DNA from: Hyphomicrobiaceae bacterium
Lineage (GTDB): Bacteria; Pseudomonadota; Alphaproteobacteria; Rhizobiales; Hyphomicrobiaceae
Length of the DNA: 32,705 bases
Assembly: GCA_049318625.1 (NCBI GenBank)
Contig: JBMOGA010000045.1
Location: forward strand, 1 to 32,705
Reading direction: 5' to 3'
Shown here one piece after another: positions 17,818 to 27,365 of the stretch (position 1 is the first letter of the stretch; each line of letters opens with the position of its first letter). The notes below the pieces were generated by a model. That model saw only the letters and a program-made list of their open reading frames with translations, was not told the origin of the DNA and made no database searches. Both the position numbers and the translations under genes were made by a program.

Positions 17818-19575
17818 ATGAACGTGTTCCAGGAAGTGGCGGAGCACATCGCCGCCGCGCTCGAGGCCTTGAAGGGTGAGGGTCGGTTGCCGGCCGCTCT
17901 CGAGATCAAGGGAATCGAGACACAGGAGCCGCGCGATCCAGCCCACGGCGATCTGGCCACCAATGCGGCTTTGGTGCTGGCTAAGCCGGCCGGAATGAAG
18001 CCGCGTGACATCGCGGATCTGATCAAGGTCAAGCTCGAAGGACAGGGCGGATTGGCCCGGGTCGAAGTGGCGGGGCCGGGCTTCATCAATCTCAGCTACG
18101 ACCCGTCGTTCTGGCATGATGTGATCCGGCGCATGCTGGGGCTCGGGCCGGCTTATGGCCGCGTCGACCTCGGTCGCGGTCGGTCCGTCGATATCGAGTA
18201 CGTCTCGGCAAATCCCACCGGGCCGATGCATGTGGGGCATTGCCGCGGCGCGGTCTTCGGCGACACGTTGGCGAGCCTGCTCGCGTTTGCCGGCTATGCG
18301 GTGACACGCGAGTACTACATCAACGATGCCGGCGCCCAGGTCGACAAGCTCGGCCGCTCGGCCTATCTGCGCTATCGGGAAGCGCTCGGCGAGGACATCG
18401 GCGAGATCCCCGAGGGCCTGTATCCCGGCGACTATCTGAAGCCGATCGGCCAGGCTCTGGTCGCGGCGCATGGCCGGGATCTGCTCGGGAAGCCCGAGTC
18501 CGAATGGCTGGAGATCACGCGGGGAGCGGCCATCGCCAGCCTGCTCGCCGAGATCAAGAATGATCTGGCGGCTCTGAATGTCCATCACGACGTCTTCTTT
18601 TCCGAGCGGTCGCTGACCGAGGGACGCGATCAGGTCCGCGAGGCGATGGCGTTGTTGCAGGCGAAGGGGCTGATCTACCAGGGTCGGCTGCCGCGGCCCA
18701 AAGGTCACGAAGAGGACGACTGGGAAGACCGCGAGCAGACGCTGTTCCGTTCGACCGATTTCGGCGACGATATGGACCGTGCGCTCATGAAATCGGATGG
18801 GTCGTATACCTATTTTGCCGGCGACGTGGCCTATCACTACAACAAGATCGGACGTAAATTCGATCACTACTTCAACGTTCTAGGGGCCGATCATGTGGGG
18901 TATATCCCGCGTCTGAAGGCGGTCGTGTCGGCGCTTTCCGACGGCAACGCCCATTACGACACACCGGTCTGTCAGCTCGTGAAGGTCCTGCGCAACGGCG
19001 AGCCGGTGCGGATGTCGAAGCGGGCGGGGACGTTCGTCGCCCTGCGCGACGTGGTCGATGAAGTCGGTCGTGATCCGGTGCGGTTCATGATGCTGACGCG
19101 CAAGAACGATTCGCCGTTGGACTTCGATCTCGCCAAAGTCGTCGAGCAGTCGAAAGACAATCCGGTGTTCTATGTGCAATATGCCCACGCGCGGGCTTCG
19201 TCGGTATTTCGAAACGCTGATGAGGCCTTTCCGGGCATTGCAACGCCGGATGTGCTTTCGGGCCGCTGTCCACTCGACGGTTTGACCGATGCCGGCGAGA
19301 TGGACATCGTGAAGCAGCTGGCGCGGTTTCCCCGCCTGATCGAGGGCGCGGCGCGCGATCGAGAGCCGCATCGCCTGACGTTTTTCCTGTTCGATCTCGC
19401 CGCCGCATTTCATACACAGTGGACACGGGGAAACGAGTCGCCACATTTGCGCTTCATTCGCCCGGACGATAGAAATATGACAGCGGCGCGACTCGCGCTT
19501 GTGGCCGCCACTCGTTTGGTGCTCGCCCAGGGGCTCGGTGTTTTGGGTGTGGAGGCACCCAACGAAATGCGCTAG
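17818..19575 (+). CDS. argS: Arginyl-tRNA synthetase
   Basis: 585 aa from ATG 17818, which follows GAGGTCG. Class I HIGH-type motif (PTGPMHVGHCRGAVFGD) and the DALR anticodon-binding C-terminus. Confidence 0.9.
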   Translation: MNVFQEVAEHIAAALEALKGEGRLPAALEIKGIETQEPRDPAHGDLATNAALVLAKPAGMKPRDIADLIKVKLEGQGGLARVEVAGPGFINLSYDPSFWHDVIRRMLGLGPAYGRVDLGRGRSVDIEYVSANPTGPMHVGHCRGAVFGDTLASLLAFAGYAVTREYYINDAGAQVDKLGRSAYLRYREALGEDIGEIPEGLYPGDYLKPIGQALVAAHGRDLLGKPESEWLEITRGAAIASLLAEIKNDLAALNVHHDVFFSERSLTEGRDQVREAMALLQAKGLIYQGRLPRPKGHEEDDWEDREQTLFRSTDFGDDMDRALMKSDGSYTYFAGDVAYHYNKIGRKFDHYFNVLGADHVGYIPRLKAVVSALSDGNAHYDTPVCQLVKVLRNGEPVRMSKRAGTFVALRDVVDEVGRDPVRFMMLTRKNDSPLDFDLAKVVEQSKDNPVFYVQYAHARASSVFRNADEAFPGIATPDVLSGRCPLDGLTDAGEMDIVKQLARFPRLIEGAARDREPHRLTFFLFDLAAAFHTQWTRGNESPHLRFIRPDDRNMTAARLALVAATRLVLAQGLGVLGVEAPNEMR

Positions 19576-19609
19576 TGCCGTCGCGGCATTTGGAGTGAAA
19601 GGGTCGAAG

Positions 19610-21388
19610 ATGGCACGGTCGAGAGGCCCGGTTCTGCCCCCCGGCGGACAGGCGGCCCATGCTGGGGCCGAGCCGGCGCTGCCGGCGTACCCGCATCACC
19701 CGCAGCCACACCACGGGCATCCGCAACAGGTGCAGCCGCCGCCACAGTACGGAACGGCCGAGCGCGGATACGACGGCTACAGCTATCCGAGCTTCCCGCC
19801 GCAGCAACCGTATCAGCCGCCTGTGCAGCAGGACCCGCGCTACGCCGCGGCGCCCGAGCCGGCCAATCACGGCTATCCGGGCGCATCGGAATCGTTCGGG
19901 AACTACGCTCAGGATCCGCGCTACGGGGCGCCGGTTTACGATCGCGGCGGTGGCCAGGGCCACCGGCCGCCGCACGATCCCAACTATCCCCCGGCGTTCG
20001 ACCAATACGCGCCGCAGGGCGCGCCGCCGCCGGCCTACCCGGCCGAGCCGCTGGCCTACAATCAGCCGCCCGCAGATCCGCGCTGGGCGCCGCAGGCGGA
20101 GCCGGGTTTCCAGGATTACCGGCGGCCTCCGGCCTATGACCGGGCCGCGCCACCGGCCCCCTACGCCGAGCCGGAACCCGAATTGCGCGGGGGCCAGTTC
20201 GATCAGTGGCCGCAGCCCGATGCGCGCGGCTACGATCTCGGGGCCTATGCCGCTGGACAGGGCGGGGGGCATCCACAGCCCGGCTTCGGTGTGCCGGCGC
20301 AAGAGGCGCAACGGGCGTGGCCGGGGCAGGGTGGCCCCTATGCCGAGCCGCCTCGGTTCGATCAACAGATCGATCAGAATCCGGGGGCGCTGCAGCCTTA
20401 CGATCAGGATCAGGATCAGGACGAGGACGAGGAGCCCGAGGAGGCGCCGCGTCGCAGCCGCGGTCGCGGTCTGCTGATCGTGGCCGCCCTGGTCGGGGCC
20501 ATCGGCCTCGGCGGCGGCCTGGCCTATGCTTACAAGATGTTTCTGGCGGCGCCGCCCAGCAACGCGGCCCGGGTGGTGAAGGCACCGCAGCAGCCGGCGA
20601 AGACGCAGCCGGCGGATCCTGGCGGGCGCAAATTCGCCAATACCGACAGCAAGGTGATGGACCGGTTGCCGTCCGATGGGACCGCCGGTCAAGGCGATCC
20701 GGCTGGCGACGAGCAGTCGGGCGCACGGCGGGTGCAGACCATCCCGGTGACGCGGGACGGCGCGCTGGCCGCACCGGCACCGGCGCCGCAGCCCTTGCTG
20801 CCGCCGGGCAGTTCCATCGTTCCCGGCATGACCATCGTCAACGGCGGCGTTCGCGCGCCGCAGGTGGCCGAGTCGGTCGGCCAGGCGCCGCCGCAGCAGC
20901 AGCCGGGCCGCGTGGCGGTGGCGCCTTTGCGGCCGCAGATCGTCGCCAAGGCCGAGCCCGAGCCGGAGCCTGAGCCTGCACCCGCGGCGCCGCAACGGCG
21001 GGCGCCGGTGCTGGCGGCGCCGGCAGCGCCACCGCCGGCCGCGCCGAAAGCGGCTGTTCCGGTGCGCGCGCCGGCGGCAACGGCGAGCGGGGCGCCGGCA
21101 GGGGCGGGCGCCGAGCCGGCCCGCAAGTCGACCGGGTTCGTGGTGGTTCTGGCGTCGCAGAAGAGCCGGATGGAAGCGCTCACGACGTTCGCCGATCTGC
21201 AACAGAAGTATGGTTCCGTACTCGCGGACAAGGTGCCGGACGTCCAGGAGGCCGATCTCAGCTCGCGCAACCTCGGCACCGTCTACCGGCTGGTGGTTGG
21301 ACCCGCAGGGCCGCGAGAGAAGGCGCTGGGGGTCTGCAACCAGCTGAAGGCCGCTGGCTATCAAGGCTGCTGGGTCACCGGCAACTGA
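19610..21388 (+). CDS. SPOR domain-containing protein
   Basis: A roughly 290-aa Pro/Tyr/Gln-rich low-complexity N-terminal region, one TM helix (GLLIVAALVGAIGLGGGLAYAY), a Pro/Ala-rich linker, and a C-terminal SPOR domain (GFVVVLASQKS...YRLVVGP...AGYQGCWV). ATG 19610. argS-SPOR-nagZ synteny. Confidence 0.85.
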   Translation: MARSRGPVLPPGGQAAHAGAEPALPAYPHHPQPHHGHPQQVQPPPQYGTAERGYDGYSYPSFPPQQPYQPPVQQDPRYAAAPEPANHGYPGASESFGNYAQDPRYGAPVYDRGGGQGHRPPHDPNYPPAFDQYAPQGAPPPAYPAEPLAYNQPPADPRWAPQAEPGFQDYRRPPAYDRAAPPAPYAEPEPELRGGQFDQWPQPDARGYDLGAYAAGQGGGHPQPGFGVPAQEAQRAWPGQGGPYAEPPRFDQQIDQNPGALQPYDQDQDQDEDEEPEEAPRRSRGRGLLIVAALVGAIGLGGGLAYAYKMFLAAPPSNAARVVKAPQQPAKTQPADPGGRKFANTDSKVMDRLPSDGTAGQGDPAGDEQSGARRVQTIPVTRDGALAAPAPAPQPLLPPGSSIVPGMTIVNGGVRAPQVAESVGQAPPQQQPGRVAVAPLRPQIVAKAEPEPEPEPAPAAPQRRAPVLAAPAAPPPAAPKAAVPVRAPAATASGAPAGAGAEPARKSTGFVVVLASQKSRMEALTTFADLQQKYGSVLADKVPDVQEADLSSRNLGTVYRLVVGPAGPREKALGVCNQLKAAGYQGCWVTGN

Positions 21389-21432
21389 CGGCTCGGAGCC
21401 GGTCGTGTTGGACGCGGTCGAGGGAGGGTGCG

Positions 21433-22494
21433 ATACGCAAGGCGCTCGCCGTCGGCCTCGCCGGCCCACAACTTAGGGCCGATGAGGCTGCGTTCCTCGC
21501 CGCCGAGCGGCCGGCGGGTCTCATACTTTTCAGCAGAAATTGCGTTTCGCCCGATCAGGTTCGCGCCCTGATTGTGGCGTGTTGTGCCGCCATCGGCAGC
21601 GACGAGACGCTGGTCATGATCGACCAGGAGGGCGGGCGGGTCCAGCGGCTGAAGCCTCCGGTCTGGCGACAGCAGCCTGCCGCCGCTGCCTATGGCGATC
21701 TGCTCGAGAAGGCGCCGGACACGGCGCTACGATTAGCCGGTCTGATCGCCCGTCTCGCCGCCGACGAACTGGCGGGCCTCGGTGTCAACATGAACTGCGC
21801 CCCCGTGCTGGACGTTCCGGTCGCCGGATCGCACGGCGTGATCGGTGACCGGGCCTATGCCATGGCGCCCGATGCCGTGGCCCGGCTCGGCCGGGCGGTG
21901 ATGGCGGGGTATGCCGCCGGCGGCATTGCCCCGGTGATCAAGCACATCCCCGGCCATGGGCGGGCCGGCGCCGACAGCCACCTCGAGTTGCCGCGCGTGA
22001 ACGCCACGCGGTCCATGCTGGAGGCCAGCGATTTCTTGCCCTTCCGCCGCCTCGCCGATGCTCCGGCGGCGATGACGGCGCATGTCGTCTATGACGCGCT
22101 CGACCCCGAGCGCGCGGCGTCGATCTCGCCGGCGGTGATCGGCGGGCTGATCCGCGGCGACCTCGGCTTCGACGGTCTCCTGATGAGCGACGATATCGGC
22201 ATGCAGGCGCTGTCCGGTTCGCTCGCGGCACGGGCGCGCGGCGTCATCGACGCGGGTTGCGACCTGGCGCTCCAGTGCAGCGGCCGGCTGGCCGAGATGA
22301 GGGAGGCCGCGGCGGCGGTTCCGGAGCTTTCTGAGACGGGCGCCGCGCGGGTCGCTCGTTGTCTCGCGATCCGGCGCGCGGCGACGGCGTTCGACCGCGA
22401 CGAGGCGGAGCAGGCGCTGGCGGAGATGCAGGCCGCTGCGGCAGGGCCGGCGGGTCATGTGCCATCTGCATCCTCTCCCGTTGAATCAGTGTAG
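21433..22494 (+). CDS. nagZ: Beta-N-acetylhexosaminidase NagZ (GH3); start codon non-canonical or uncertain
   Basis: GH3 motifs (IKHIPGHGRA, LLMSDDIGM). The conserved N-terminus ALAVGLAGPQLRADEAAFLAAERPAGLILFSRN is encoded in frame upstream of the first canonical start (GTG 21574), and no ATG/GTG/TTG lies in frame upstream. A perfect SD AGGGAGGG at 21421-21428 sits 4-6 nt before ATA 21433. Confidence 0.8.
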   Translation: MRKALAVGLAGPQLRADEAAFLAAERPAGLILFSRNCVSPDQVRALIVACCAAIGSDETLVMIDQEGGRVQRLKPPVWRQQPAAAAYGDLLEKAPDTALRLAGLIARLAADELAGLGVNMNCAPVLDVPVAGSHGVIGDRAYAMAPDAVARLGRAVMAGYAAGGIAPVIKHIPGHGRAGADSHLELPRVNATRSMLEASDFLPFRRLADAPAAMTAHVVYDALDPERAASISPAVIGGLIRGDLGFDGLLMSDDIGMQALSGSLAARARGVIDAGCDLALQCSGRLAEMREAAAAVPELSETGAARVARCLAIRRAATAFDRDEAEQALAEMQAAAAGPAGHVPSASSPVESV

Positions 22495-22532
22495 TGTTTT
22501 GCGCTTATGAGGAAAGCGCACCGACGCCAGGC

Positions 22533-23366
22533 ATGACACCACCCGCGGACGACGCCGCGCCAGACATGACCAACTGGGACTTGCCGAACCCCGAGGAGGG
22601 GCCCGGCGAGGGTGAAGCGCTGCGCGTCGATCTCGATGGGTTCGAGGGGCCGCTGGACCTGCTGCTGGCGCTCGCGCGCCTGCACAAGGTCGACGTGGCG
22701 CGTATCTCCATGCTGGCGCTGGCCGACCAGTATCTGGCGTTCATCTCGGAAGCGAGCCGGATCCGGCTCGAGTTGGCCGCCGACTATCTGGTGATGGCGG
22801 CGTGGCTCGCGTACCTGAAATCCCGCCTGCTGATCCCGAAAGAGCGCCCCGACGACCCGTTGCCGAGCGGCGAGGAGATGGCCAAGCGGTTGGCGTTCCG
22901 GCTGATGCGGCTCGAAGCGATGCGCAAGGCGGCCGAGCAACTGATGGGGCGCCATCGTCTCGGCATTCATGTCTTCGCCCGGGGCATGCCGGAGGGCATG
23001 CGGACCATTCGCGCGACCGAGCATACGGCGGAGATCTACGATCTGATCAAGGCCTATGCCGACCAGCGCAGCCGCACGATCAAGCGGGTTCACGTCGTCA
23101 AGGCGCGGACGGTGTGGTCGATCAAGGATGCCCGCGGACGTCTCGAGGAACTGGTGGGGGCGACCGAGGGCGAGTGGGTTCAACTCAGCCTCTTCCTCGA
23201 CAAATATCTGCCGTCGCCCGATGCTCTGAAGACGGTTCTCGCCAGTGCCTTCGGCGCGACGCTGGAGCTGGCGCGCGAGGGCGCGCTCGAAGTTCAGCAG
23301 GAGGCACCGTTCGCGCCGCTGTTCATCCGGCGGCGCGGCAGCGAGGCCTGGGTCCGAGTTGCCTGA
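22533..23366 (+). CDS. scpA: Segregation and condensation protein A
   Basis: ScpA signature FEGPLDLLLALARLHKVDVARISMLALADQYL. Start is ATG 22533, or GTG 22494, which overlaps the nagZ stop. Confidence 0.85.
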   Translation: MTPPADDAAPDMTNWDLPNPEEGPGEGEALRVDLDGFEGPLDLLLALARLHKVDVARISMLALADQYLAFISEASRIRLELAADYLVMAAWLAYLKSRLLIPKERPDDPLPSGEEMAKRLAFRLMRLEAMRKAAEQLMGRHRLGIHVFARGMPEGMRTIRATEHTAEIYDLIKAYADQRSRTIKRVHVVKARTVWSIKDARGRLEELVGATEGEWVQLSLFLDKYLPSPDALKTVLASAFGATLELAREGALEVQQEAPFAPLFIRRRGSEAWVRVA

Positions 23367-23424
23367 TTCGAGAGGTTCGACGTGCGTCATGGCCCGAAGG
23401 GGCGAAAGGAATGGAGAGCGTCCT

Positions 23425-24273
23425 ATGGCGCAGCGATCGAACGCACTGGCTTCCCGCGGTGTTGAACGCATGGCGGCGGCGTCGGGGCCCGACCAGGGCG
23501 GGCAAGGCGGGAGCGAGGAGCCGTTCACCTCGGTGCACGGTTTTCCGGCCAACGTCGCGCCGCTTCCGTCGGCTGATCGGCGCGAGCGGTTGCGCGTGCT
23601 CGAAGCCATTCTTTTCGCGGCGTCGGAGCCGCTCGACGAGGCGACCCTCGCGGGCTACCTGAAGTCGGGCGACGACGTGGCGGCTCTGCTCGCGGAGCTG
23701 CAGGGCTTTTATGCCAGCCGCGGCATCGTGCTCGTTCATCTCGGCGGCAAGTGGGCCTTCCGGACGGCCGGCGACTTGGCCTATCTGCTCGAGAAGCACA
23801 CGGTCGAGGCGCGGCGGCTGTCGCGCGCGGCCCTCGAGACGCTGGCGATCATTGCGTACCACCAGCCGGTGACACGCGCCGAGATCGAGGAGATCCGGGG
23901 TGTTGCGACCTCGAAGGGCACGCTGGACGCCCTGCTGGAAACCGGTTGGGTGCGCCCGCGCGGCCGGCGCCGGGCCCCGGGCAAGCCCATCACCTACGGC
24001 ACCACAGACGCCTTCCTGCATCATTTCGGTCTCTCCGGGGTCAAGGACTTGCCGGGTCTCGCCGAACTCAAGGGGCTCGGACTTCTCGACGGCAACCTGC
24101 CGCCGGACTTCAAGGTGCCGGACCCGACCGATGTGGCCGCGTTGATGCCGGATGAACTGCCGCTCGATGCGCTTTCGTCCGACGAGGAGGACGACGCGGT
24201 CGAGGACGAGAATCTGCCGCTCGACTTGCCCGACGAGGACGAGGCGTCTAAGTCCGAGGGACCGGCGGACTGA
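23425..24273 (+). CDS. scpB: Segregation and condensation protein B
   Basis: ScpB winged-helix motifs (RVLEAILFAASEPL; TLAIIAYHQPVTRAEIEEIRGV) and an acidic C-terminal tail. ATG 23425 follows GGAGAG. Confidence 0.85.
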   Translation: MAQRSNALASRGVERMAAASGPDQGGQGGSEEPFTSVHGFPANVAPLPSADRRERLRVLEAILFAASEPLDEATLAGYLKSGDDVAALLAELQGFYASRGIVLVHLGGKWAFRTAGDLAYLLEKHTVEARRLSRAALETLAIIAYHQPVTRAEIEEIRGVATSKGTLDALLETGWVRPRGRRRAPGKPITYGTTDAFLHHFGLSGVKDLPGLAELKGLGLLDGNLPPDFKVPDPTDVAALMPDELPLDALSSDEEDDAVEDENLPLDLPDEDEASKSEGPAD

Positions 24274-24407
24274 GCTTGCGCCGGACGGCGGCACGCGAGG
24301 CGGCGTTGGATTTCAGGTTTTCGGGTTGGCGTGACGGGCTTCGCCGCTTGCAGAACGGCTGGCAGGGCGTGCGGACGCCGCAGCCCGTGGCAACGGAGGC
24401 GGCGCCG

Positions 24408-25493
24408 ATGCGCCGCGCCGGCACGGCATTCGCCGCCGAGGTACGTTTCGAAGCCGTGGAGCGCCGGTTCGGCGACACCGTCGCGCTGGCCGGTGTGAGC
24501 CTGGACGTGGCGCCGGGTGAGGTGATCTGTCTGCTCGGCCCGTCGGGCTGCGGGAAGACGACGCTGTTGAGAATCGCGTCGGGCATCGAGCGGCCGACCG
24601 CCGGGCGTGTCGTCATCAACGGCCGCGAAGTCGCGGGGCCGGATGTCTTCGTGCCGCCGGAGCAGCGCAGCGTCGGCCTGATGTTCCAGGATTTCGCGCT
24701 GTTTCCGCACCTGACGATCCTCGAGAACGTGGCGTTCGGCTTGAGATCGCTGCCGCGGGCCGAGGCACAGCGCGAAGCGATGGCGGTGTTGGCACGGGTC
24801 GGGCTCGACCGGTACGCCGGTGATCACCCGCACATCCTGTCCGGCGGCCAGCAGCAGCGGGTCGCGCTGGCCCGTGCCATGGTGCCACGGCCCGCGGTCA
24901 TCCTCATGGATGAGCCGTTTTCCGGGCTCGACGTACAACTCAGGGAGGCCATGCAGGAAGAGACGCTGGGCCTGCTGCGCGAGACCCGGGCGACGTCCAT
25001 CATCGTGACGCACAGCCCAAGCGAGGCGCTTCGGCTCGGCGACCGGATCGCCGTCATGCGGAGCGGGCGGCTGGTGCAGGTGGGGCGCGCGGAGGAACTT
25101 TACCGACACCCCGCGGATCTCGTCGTGGCGCGACTTTTCTCGGAGATCAACGAGGTGCGCTGCCGGGTCGTCGGTGGGGCCATCCGCACGCCGATCGGGA
25201 CGTTCGCCGCGCCCGAGCTGGCGGAAGGGGACTTGGCGACGCTCGGCATCCGCTACCGGGCGATCCGCATGGTGGGACCTGACGAAGGGCTGCCTGGCCG
25301 GGTGATGCACGTGCGGTTCGACGGCGACCTCGCGGCGATCGACCTGGCCGTGCAGGGCTTCGAGAAGCCTTTGCGGACGGTGGTGCGCGAGTGGGAAGAG
25401 CCGGCGCGTGGGGACGAGGTGCGCGTCGCGGTCGATCCGGCCAGTGTCCTGGTGTTTCCGGCGGAGACCAGCGACGAGGCGGCCATGGGGTGA
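24408..25493 (+). CDS. ABC transporter ATP-binding protein (FbpC/PotA-like with a C-terminal regulatory domain); no permease partner in the window
   Basis: Walker A GPSGCGKTT, ABC signature LSGGQQQRVALARA and Walker B ILMDEPFSGLD. ATG 24408 follows GGAGG. Confidence 0.85.
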   Translation: MRRAGTAFAAEVRFEAVERRFGDTVALAGVSLDVAPGEVICLLGPSGCGKTTLLRIASGIERPTAGRVVINGREVAGPDVFVPPEQRSVGLMFQDFALFPHLTILENVAFGLRSLPRAEAQREAMAVLARVGLDRYAGDHPHILSGGQQQRVALARAMVPRPAVILMDEPFSGLDVQLREAMQEETLGLLRETRATSIIVTHSPSEALRLGDRIAVMRSGRLVQVGRAEELYRHPADLVVARLFSEINEVRCRVVGGAIRTPIGTFAAPELAEGDLATLGIRYRAIRMVGPDEGLPGRVMHVRFDGDLAAIDLAVQGFEKPLRTVVREWEEPARGDEVRVAVDPASVLVFPAETSDEAAMG

Positions 25494-25544
25494 CACCGCG
25501 TCGGCGAGAAACTTGGCAGGTCTGGCCGGACCTTGCCCGTTAAT

Positions 25545-25573
25545 CTTGTCGGGGGGGTAGCAAAATGCAATAG
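25545..25573 (+). promoter_or_regulatory. Putative sigma-70 promoter of the tatABC operon
   Basis: CTTGTC-N17-CAATAG resembles the alphaproteobacterial consensus CTTGAC-N17-CTATAT. It lies about 50 nt upstream of the tatA ATG, with a short hairpin GGACG-ATC-CGTCC at about 25589-25601. Confidence 0.2.
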
Positions 25574-25620
25574 TCCGGCCCCATATGAGGACGATCCGTC
25601 CTAGAGGGAGTTAAGAAACA

Positions 25621-25851
25621 ATGGGTGCAACTAGCATCTGGCATTGGATCATCCTGCTGCTGATCGTGGTGCTTCTGTTCGGCCGAGGCAAGATCTCCGA
25701 GGTGATGGGTGACGTCGCCAAGGGCATCAAGAGCTTCAAGAAGGGCATGACCGAGGACGAGACCGCGCAGAAGGCGGGCGAAACGAAAGCCATCGACGCC
25801 GCCAAGGCGGCGGAAGTCCGTCCGACGGCCGAGGGCTCGAAGATCGGCTGA
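25621..25851 (+). CDS. tatA: Twin-arginine translocase subunit TatA
   Basis: 76 aa. N-terminal TM helix [16 protein letters not shown] followed by an amphipathic helix. SD GAGGGAG. Confidence 0.9.
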   Translation: MGATSIWHWIILLLIVVLLFGRGKISEVMGDVAKGIKSFKKGMTEDETAQKAGETKAIDAAKAAEVRPTAEGSKIG

Positions 25852-25949
25852 CCGCCCGCTCGCCGAGCGAGCCGGGTCATACTGAAATCGGCTGGCGCCG
25901 CCTCGAGTCCCTGGCTCGGCGGCGCTTTGCCGTCGGGGTGGAATGACGC

Positions 25950-26417
25950 ATGTTCGATATTGGTTGGAGCGAACTGCTGGTCGTCGGCATCGTGGCACTG
26001 GTGGTGGTGGGTCCGAAAGAGCTGCCGGTGCTGCTGCGCACGGTCGGCAAGTATGTCGGCATCATCCGTCGGCAAGCTGGCGAGTTCCGCGCGCAGTTCG
26101 ACGAGGCGATGCGCGAGGCGGAGCTCGATCAACTCAAGAAGGACGTGACGGCCCTGAAGAACGATGCCGAGTCGACCTTTCGTGATACCGAGCGTGCGGT
26201 GTCGAGCGAGTTCGACGCTGCGCACAGCGCCCTGAACACCGCGACATCGGCGACCGTACCGGTTCTCGGCACCGGGGCTGCTGCTGCGGCGGCCGCCGCC
26301 GCGACGCCAGAGCTGGCTGCCGTGGCCGCGGCAACGAGTGCGACGCCGACCGATTCAGGCAATGCCGCGAGCGGGGGCCAGCCGGCCGCCGAGCCCGCGA
26401 TCAAGAGCGGAGCTTGA
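25950..26417 (+). CDS. tatB: Twin-arginine translocase subunit TatB
   Basis: [26 protein letters not shown], a TatB-type N-terminus with an Ala-rich C-terminal tail. Confidence 0.9.
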   Translation: MFDIGWSELLVVGIVALVVVGPKELPVLLRTVGKYVGIIRRQAGEFRAQFDEAMREAELDQLKKDVTALKNDAESTFRDTERAVSSEFDAAHSALNTATSATVPVLGTGAAAAAAAAATPELAAVAAATSATPTDSGNAASGGQPAAEPAIKSGA

Positions 26418-26420
26418 ATT

Positions 26421-27209
26421 GTGACAGAAGTCAAAATGCCCGATCCGGACGACATCGAGGCGTCGAAGGCGCCGCTGATGGATCATCTGATCGAGCTGCG
26501 CCAGCGGCTCGTCTATGCGCTTCTCGCGGTCGGTGGCTTTTTCGTCGTCTGCTTCGTGTTCGCGTCCGACATCTACCACATCCTGCTGTGGCCCTATCGG
26601 TGGGCGCGCGGCGGTGACATCCGCATGATCTACACGGCGCCGCAGGAAGTGTTCTTCACGAACGTCAAGCTCGCGCTGTTCGGCGCCGTGTTCTGCGCGT
26701 TTCCGGTGATCGCGACGCAGATCTACAAGTTCGTCGCGCCGGGCCTCTACAAGAACGAGCGGGAGTCGTTCCGGCCTTATCTCATCGCCACGCCGCTGCT
26801 GTTCCTGCTCGGGGCGATGGTGGTGTTTTTCATCGTCATGCCGCTGGCGATGCGGTTCTTCATCTCGTTCGAGCAGGTCGGGTCGGTGACCTTGACGCTC
26901 GAGGCGCGTGTCAGCGAATACCTCGGGTTCATCATGGCGTTGATCCTGGGCTTCGGCGTCTGTTTCCAGCTCCCCGTCATTCTCACGTTGCTGGCGCGCA
27001 CGGGTGTGCTCACGGCCGCGGATCTGCGGGACAAGCGGCGTTGGGCGATCGTCGGCATCTTCGCCGTCGCCGCCGTGCTGACGCCGCCCGATCCGATCAG
27101 CCAGATCGCCATGGCGTTGCCGACGGTGCTGCTCTACGAGGTCTCGATTCTTGCCGTCGACCGCGTGGAAAAGGCCCGGGCGGCGCGGGAAGCGGCGAAA
27201 TCGTCATAG
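26421..27209 (+). CDS. tatC: Twin-arginine translocase subunit TatC
   Basis: 262 aa with six TM segments and TatC motifs (LMDHLIELRQRL, PGLYKNER). Start is GTG 26421 or ATG 26436. Confidence 0.9.
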   Translation: MTEVKMPDPDDIEASKAPLMDHLIELRQRLVYALLAVGGFFVVCFVFASDIYHILLWPYRWARGGDIRMIYTAPQEVFFTNVKLALFGAVFCAFPVIATQIYKFVAPGLYKNERESFRPYLIATPLLFLLGAMVVFFIVMPLAMRFFISFEQVGSVTLTLEARVSEYLGFIMALILGFGVCFQLPVILTLLARTGVLTAADLRDKRRWAIVGIFAVAAVLTPPDPISQIAMALPTVLLYEVSILAVDRVEKARAAREAAKSS

Positions 27210-27365
27210 CCGGACGCGGCCGTTGAGGGTATAGGCGGTGGCGCCGTGCGCTCTGCCGTGCGGCCGGGCTCGTGCCGCCGCTCCCAGGGAGCTTCCGCCT
27301 CTCCGTCCGTCGTTCGCGGGTGGCCGGCGTGCCGCCGCCCTCCACTGGCTTCGGAGACGGCCTCA

